Shown here piece by piece: positions 60,005-64,000 of a stretch of DNA of 64,000 nucleotides. A program made the position numbers and the translations under genes. The notes beneath the pieces were generated by a model. It did no database searches, had not been told where the DNA came from, and saw nothing but the letters and a program-made list of their open reading frames with translations. Numbering within the stretch: position 1 is the stretch's first letter; each line of letters begins with the position of its first letter. Origin of the DNA: the human T2T-CHM13v2.0 reference genome, Homo sapiens. The stretch lies in assembly GCF_009914755.1 (NCBI RefSeq), contig NC_060929.1. One strand, 5' to 3'.

Positions 60005-61430
60005 GTTTGTAATGAACTCATGAACATATTACCCAATCTGAGAATTAGAATATTTATAACAAATTAAAGCTAACTATGGGCTCCTTTCATATATTTCTCT
60101 CTTTTCCATCACCACCCAGGGTAAACATTGTCCTAAATTTTATAATTTTTGCTTTCTTTTCCTTTTTACCACATATATAAACCTAAACAATGTATTTTAA
60201 ATTTCAGATAATTTTGAAATGTGTAATAAAGTATCATGCCTTATGTTATAGTCTGTAACTAGATTAATCTTTTAATTAGTGTTATGGTATTATAAGTAAG
60301 GTTTATTTCTTATTATCGCACATAGCTATAGTTCATTCATTTTTACTATTGTAAAATCCATTGAGTGAAATACTGAATTCTTTATTCATTATCTATACAT
60401 CAATATGCTTTTAACATTAGTAACATTGTAACTGAGATTTTATGTATGCGTCCTGTTCAATATACATACATGACGTTTCAATTCACAATATAAACTATTT
60501 TCCAAAGTGATTTTCCAATTTTTAAATCCAGTAGCAATATCATGGATAAGTCTCAAAATCATTAGGCTATGGGAAGAAATCCAGATATAAAGACTATGTA
60601 TCTGATTGCAGGAAATTCAGGAATAGGCAAAATTATAATGACTGAAAATAAATAATTTTTTTCAAGTGTAGGATAGAGCTGTGAATTGACTGCAGAATAG
60701 AATGAAAGAACTTTCTGGAGTGATGGAAGTACTCTAAACCTTAATTTTAGTAGTGATTATGCAGCTGTTTATATTTGTCAAACAAAACTCATTGAACTGT
60801 TCATTTACAATAGCCGTTCATTTAAACTAAATATTTTTGAAATTATATCAATAAATCTTATTTAAAAATAAGGTTCAAATAATCCACATTGTTTTCAATT
60901 TATTAATATTGTGACTCCAAATTTGTACATTGATTGCAAAATTATCTTATTTTTAAAATCTTCATTATGCATTTCTTGGACGACATTATTACTTCAAATA
61001 CTCATTGGAACAAATGTGATTCCTCTTCCATGAAAAGCTTATTGAAGTTATTTGCTCATTTTTATATTGGGTCATATATATATAATATATATATACTTTT
61101 TATGAATATATAATATATATAATATATATGCAGTTTGGGTACTATTTCTATGTATCCCTTGATGAACAGAAGTTTTAAATTTAATATATAGTAAAAGTTA
61201 CAAATAATATATTTTACATTATAGTCTCTGTCATGTATTCAAAATTCTTCTCTACCTCAAGGTCTAAACAATTTTCAAACATATATTCTACCAAAGTAGT
61301 CAAATTTGTTTTACTTATTTGTCATTAATCTTTCTAGATTTGAGTTTTGCCAATTATCTAAAGAATCCAATTTTGTTTTCCAAATGTGTGGTTATTTTTT
61401 CTAACTATATTTACTTAATATGATTTAAAA
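60005..61430 (-). mobile_element. L1ME-type fragments, interrupted by an opposite-strand L1 3' end
   Basis: GCTATAGTTCATTCATTTTTACT, AAACTATTTTCCAAAGTGATT and CTTGATGAACAGAAGTTTTAAATTTAAT. Confidence 0.55.
60541..60868 (+). mobile_element. L1ME-type 3' end
   Basis: CATGGATAAGTCTCAAAA...AATTGACTGCA...GAACTTTCTGGAGTGATGGAA...ATATTTGTCAAA...CTCATTGAACTGT...TCAATAAA. Confidence 0.75.
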
Positions 61431-62144
61431 TCCACACTGATTGGCAAGAAGAATTATGTTGCATTCTCCAAGGTCAAACAAGTTGCAAGTCCCCTTTAAT
61501 AAAATTATTAAATATACTTAACTTTTAAAGCCCCATACCGGAGATGTTATTACATATTTAGTAATGTTTATCTATTCAAGGAGGATTGTCAATTTTATAA
61601 TTATAATACTCTCTTTGATATTCTAACAATAATATAAAACCTGACTAAGGTTAAAGCAGTATCTAATTGATCTTTAGCCTATACTTTTCAGTACATGAAA
61701 GTCTCACATTTACATTTCCTATGTGGCACCATTTCCTTAGAAGGATGTCCAGTGGTTAATAACACAGCTATCTGAGTCATGGTTTAATATTTACAACAAT
61801 ATTATAAATCATTCTGCCTTAAAATACTTCTATTTAAAAATTTTTAAAAGAACTGATTATATGAAAAACTTTTCCAAAAAGTGCACTATTTGGTTAACCA
61901 ATCCAGAATGATTCTTAGTAGAATTGTAACCTAAGTGATACAGTTTAGGTTAGTTTTCTTAATTAAACTAACTTTCTTTCTCAAGATTAATTTTCTTAAT
62001 TGTTACAAGTGCTTTTCAGCATGTTAAGTGGTGAAAATAAAGAGTGGTATAACATGTACATTTATAGCATAATTCTTTTGTTATAAATATTGTGACTTTT
62101 AATAGTTTAAGTCTAATTATATTATCAAAAATTAAAAGTGTTTT

Positions 62145-62459
62145 TAATTTTTGTTAAATAATCAAAGCAACTTAGTGTTGGTTTTGAATTTGCTCACAAT
62201 TTGGGCTGGCCTCAGACGTATGGTTCTCCTGTTGGTGTTCCCCATATTCATGAATATAGCTCTGGTAGTTCAACTGGGGCCAGGTGAACCAAAATGATAA
62301 CCTAAATGGTTATTTAGGACTCTTGTCTGAGACATCTAGTTTCATCTCCGCCTGGACTCTTTACAATGGACTCTCAAAGCAATGACAGCATTCCAGGAAG
62401 AAAAGTCCCATTGTTCAAATGCTTATTACATCTGTGCTTGAATTATGTTTGATGATATT
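62145..62459 (-). mobile_element. Old MLT1 (I/J-like) LTR fragment
   Basis: AACTTAGTG...TTTGCTCACAATTTGGGCTGGCCTCAG...CAAATGCTTATTACATCTGTGCTTGAATTATGTTTG. Confidence 0.55.
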
Positions 62460-62556
62460 TGCAGAGAATATAAAATTTTACCTCTACCTTTTTTGGCCAG
62501 ATAATTAATTTGGTATAAAACAAACCTACAGGAGAAAAATATACAAATTTATTTCA
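62460..62556 (-). mobile_element. Probable ERV1-class LTR end fragment
   Basis: TGCAGAGAA...AATTTTACCTCTACC...ACAGGAGAAAAATATACAAATTTATTT resembles the antisense 3' end of MER4-group LTRs. Confidence 0.4.
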
Positions 62557-62558
62557 TA

Positions 62559-64000
62559 CAGATGCTTTTCCCTTTGTGATAGGGTTATGTCATGATTAAA
62601 CCCATCCTAAATTGAAAATACTGTAAGTCAAAAATGCATTTAATACACGTAACCTACAAAACATCATAACTTAGCCTAACTTACATTAAACATGTTTAGA
62701 ACACATACATTAGTCTACAGTGGGGAAAAACCATCTGATACAAAGCCTATTTTATAATAAAGTGTTGCCTATTTTATGTAACTTATTGAATACTGTACAG
62801 AATGTGAAGAACATAATGGTTGTAATGATACCATTAACATACACAGCTGAAAGTACACAGGGCATGAAGAATGTTTGAAACATTGAACTAAAATTAATTA
62901 CTGGGTGACGGGGATGCTACTGCAACAGGGTCATCAATTTCTCTTTCTTCTGATGAAGGTAAAAAATCGCTGGTAGAATTCAGCGATTGGCACTTACTGA
63001 TGGTTTAGCAAGCATAGTGTTTTTCAAGAAGATATCAAGTTTTGACTGTAAAGTTTATTCTTTTCATTATTTATTTCTCTTTTGCAAGCAAGAGCATCCT
63101 ATATTTGCCTGTCAGCTCTTACCAATCTCTTATAATTGGCAAAAAATGAATTTTTTTTTCTAACATCCGTAAGCCACTGCTGACAATAGCTAATGCTGCC
63201 ACCAGTTCTTTCACTGTGAACTTTCTTGGTGTCTCAGTTATAAATTCTTTTTCCTTTGCCTCAACTTCTTTACTACTTTCTTTCTCCAGGTTGATCAGCT
63301 TCTCTTTGGTAACTTTTCAGCCTCAATGCCAACAAGGTCATGAATATCCTCTTCATCCATGTGAGATTCTGGCTGTTCACCATATACTAATATCTTGTTA
63401 CTTACTATTTTTGTCAACAGAAGAATCTTTGTTAAAGCTTTTGAATGTGTTCACGTATGTCATCAAACTTTCTTCCAAATAGCATTGTTGTGTGACCTTT
63501 TCCCATGCTGCAATGATGTTACAGATAGCATTCAAAATGTTAAAAATGTTCCAAAACTCTCAGAGCCTATGACCAGATTCAGTTACTTCAACACCCTGCA
63601 TAAATGTTTGCCATAAATAATGTGCTTTGAATAAGCTATTGCATCTTGGTCCATTGCCTGAATAAGTGCTGTCTTGTTCAGTGGCAAATGCATGACTTTT
63701 ACACCAGAATGCATGTCACCAATATGCTGGAGCATTGTCTAAGATCAGAGGAATCTGGAATGGGATGTTATTTTGCCTACAATATTCTCTTACTTTCAGA
63801 ATAAAACAGTTCAAAACCCAGCTTTCAAAGAATGCTGACATCATTCATGCTTTCTTGTCATAGTGATAATAAATGAGAAGTGTATGCTTGCTCACATTTT
63901 GAATGCTCTAGCATTCCCCCAGTGGAAGCTTAGGAAAGGCTTTAAATTAAACTGCAAAATTTTCACCACCCAACAGCGTTACACAGTCTTTGAATGTCTT
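62559..64000 (-). mobile_element. Tigger5 (MER47 family) DNA transposon with a decayed transposase, running off the window end
   Basis: TA-CAGATGCT...AAACCCATC...GTAAGTCAAAAATGCATTTAATACAC is a MER47 terminus. The minus strand at ~63610-63765 reads LILDNAP / VKVMHLPLNKTALIQAMDQ / FKAHY across frameshifts, which are pogo DDE motifs. Confidence 0.85.

Overview
This is AT-rich, repeat-dense primate genomic DNA, probably hominoid since AluY and an L1PA2/3-like element are present. I found no protein-coding gene, structural RNA gene or CpG island. The recognisable ORFs in the track are L1, Alu, THE1, Tigger or microsatellite translations, and the rest look like chance frames. The dominant structure is an ancient, almost full-length minus-strand L1M spread over about 9.9-24.9 kb. 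It hosts roughly ten later insertions, including a four-level nest (L1M > MLT1A-type LTR > Tigger1 > solo Hsmar1/MADE1 terminal repeat), a full THE1 provirus, and an L1PA7/8-like copy with a probable short 3' transduction. Elsewhere there are 10 Alus in total, MaLR LTRs, L2/MIR relics, hAT and Tigger transposons, and a 261-nt pure pyrimidine tract. I see no evidence for a new multi-gene biological system. The items worth following up are mutational or transpositional footprints and a few candidate regulatory motif clusters. Repeat subfamily names come from recalled consensus motifs and need RepeatMasker/Dfam confirmation, and boundaries of old repeats are approximate.
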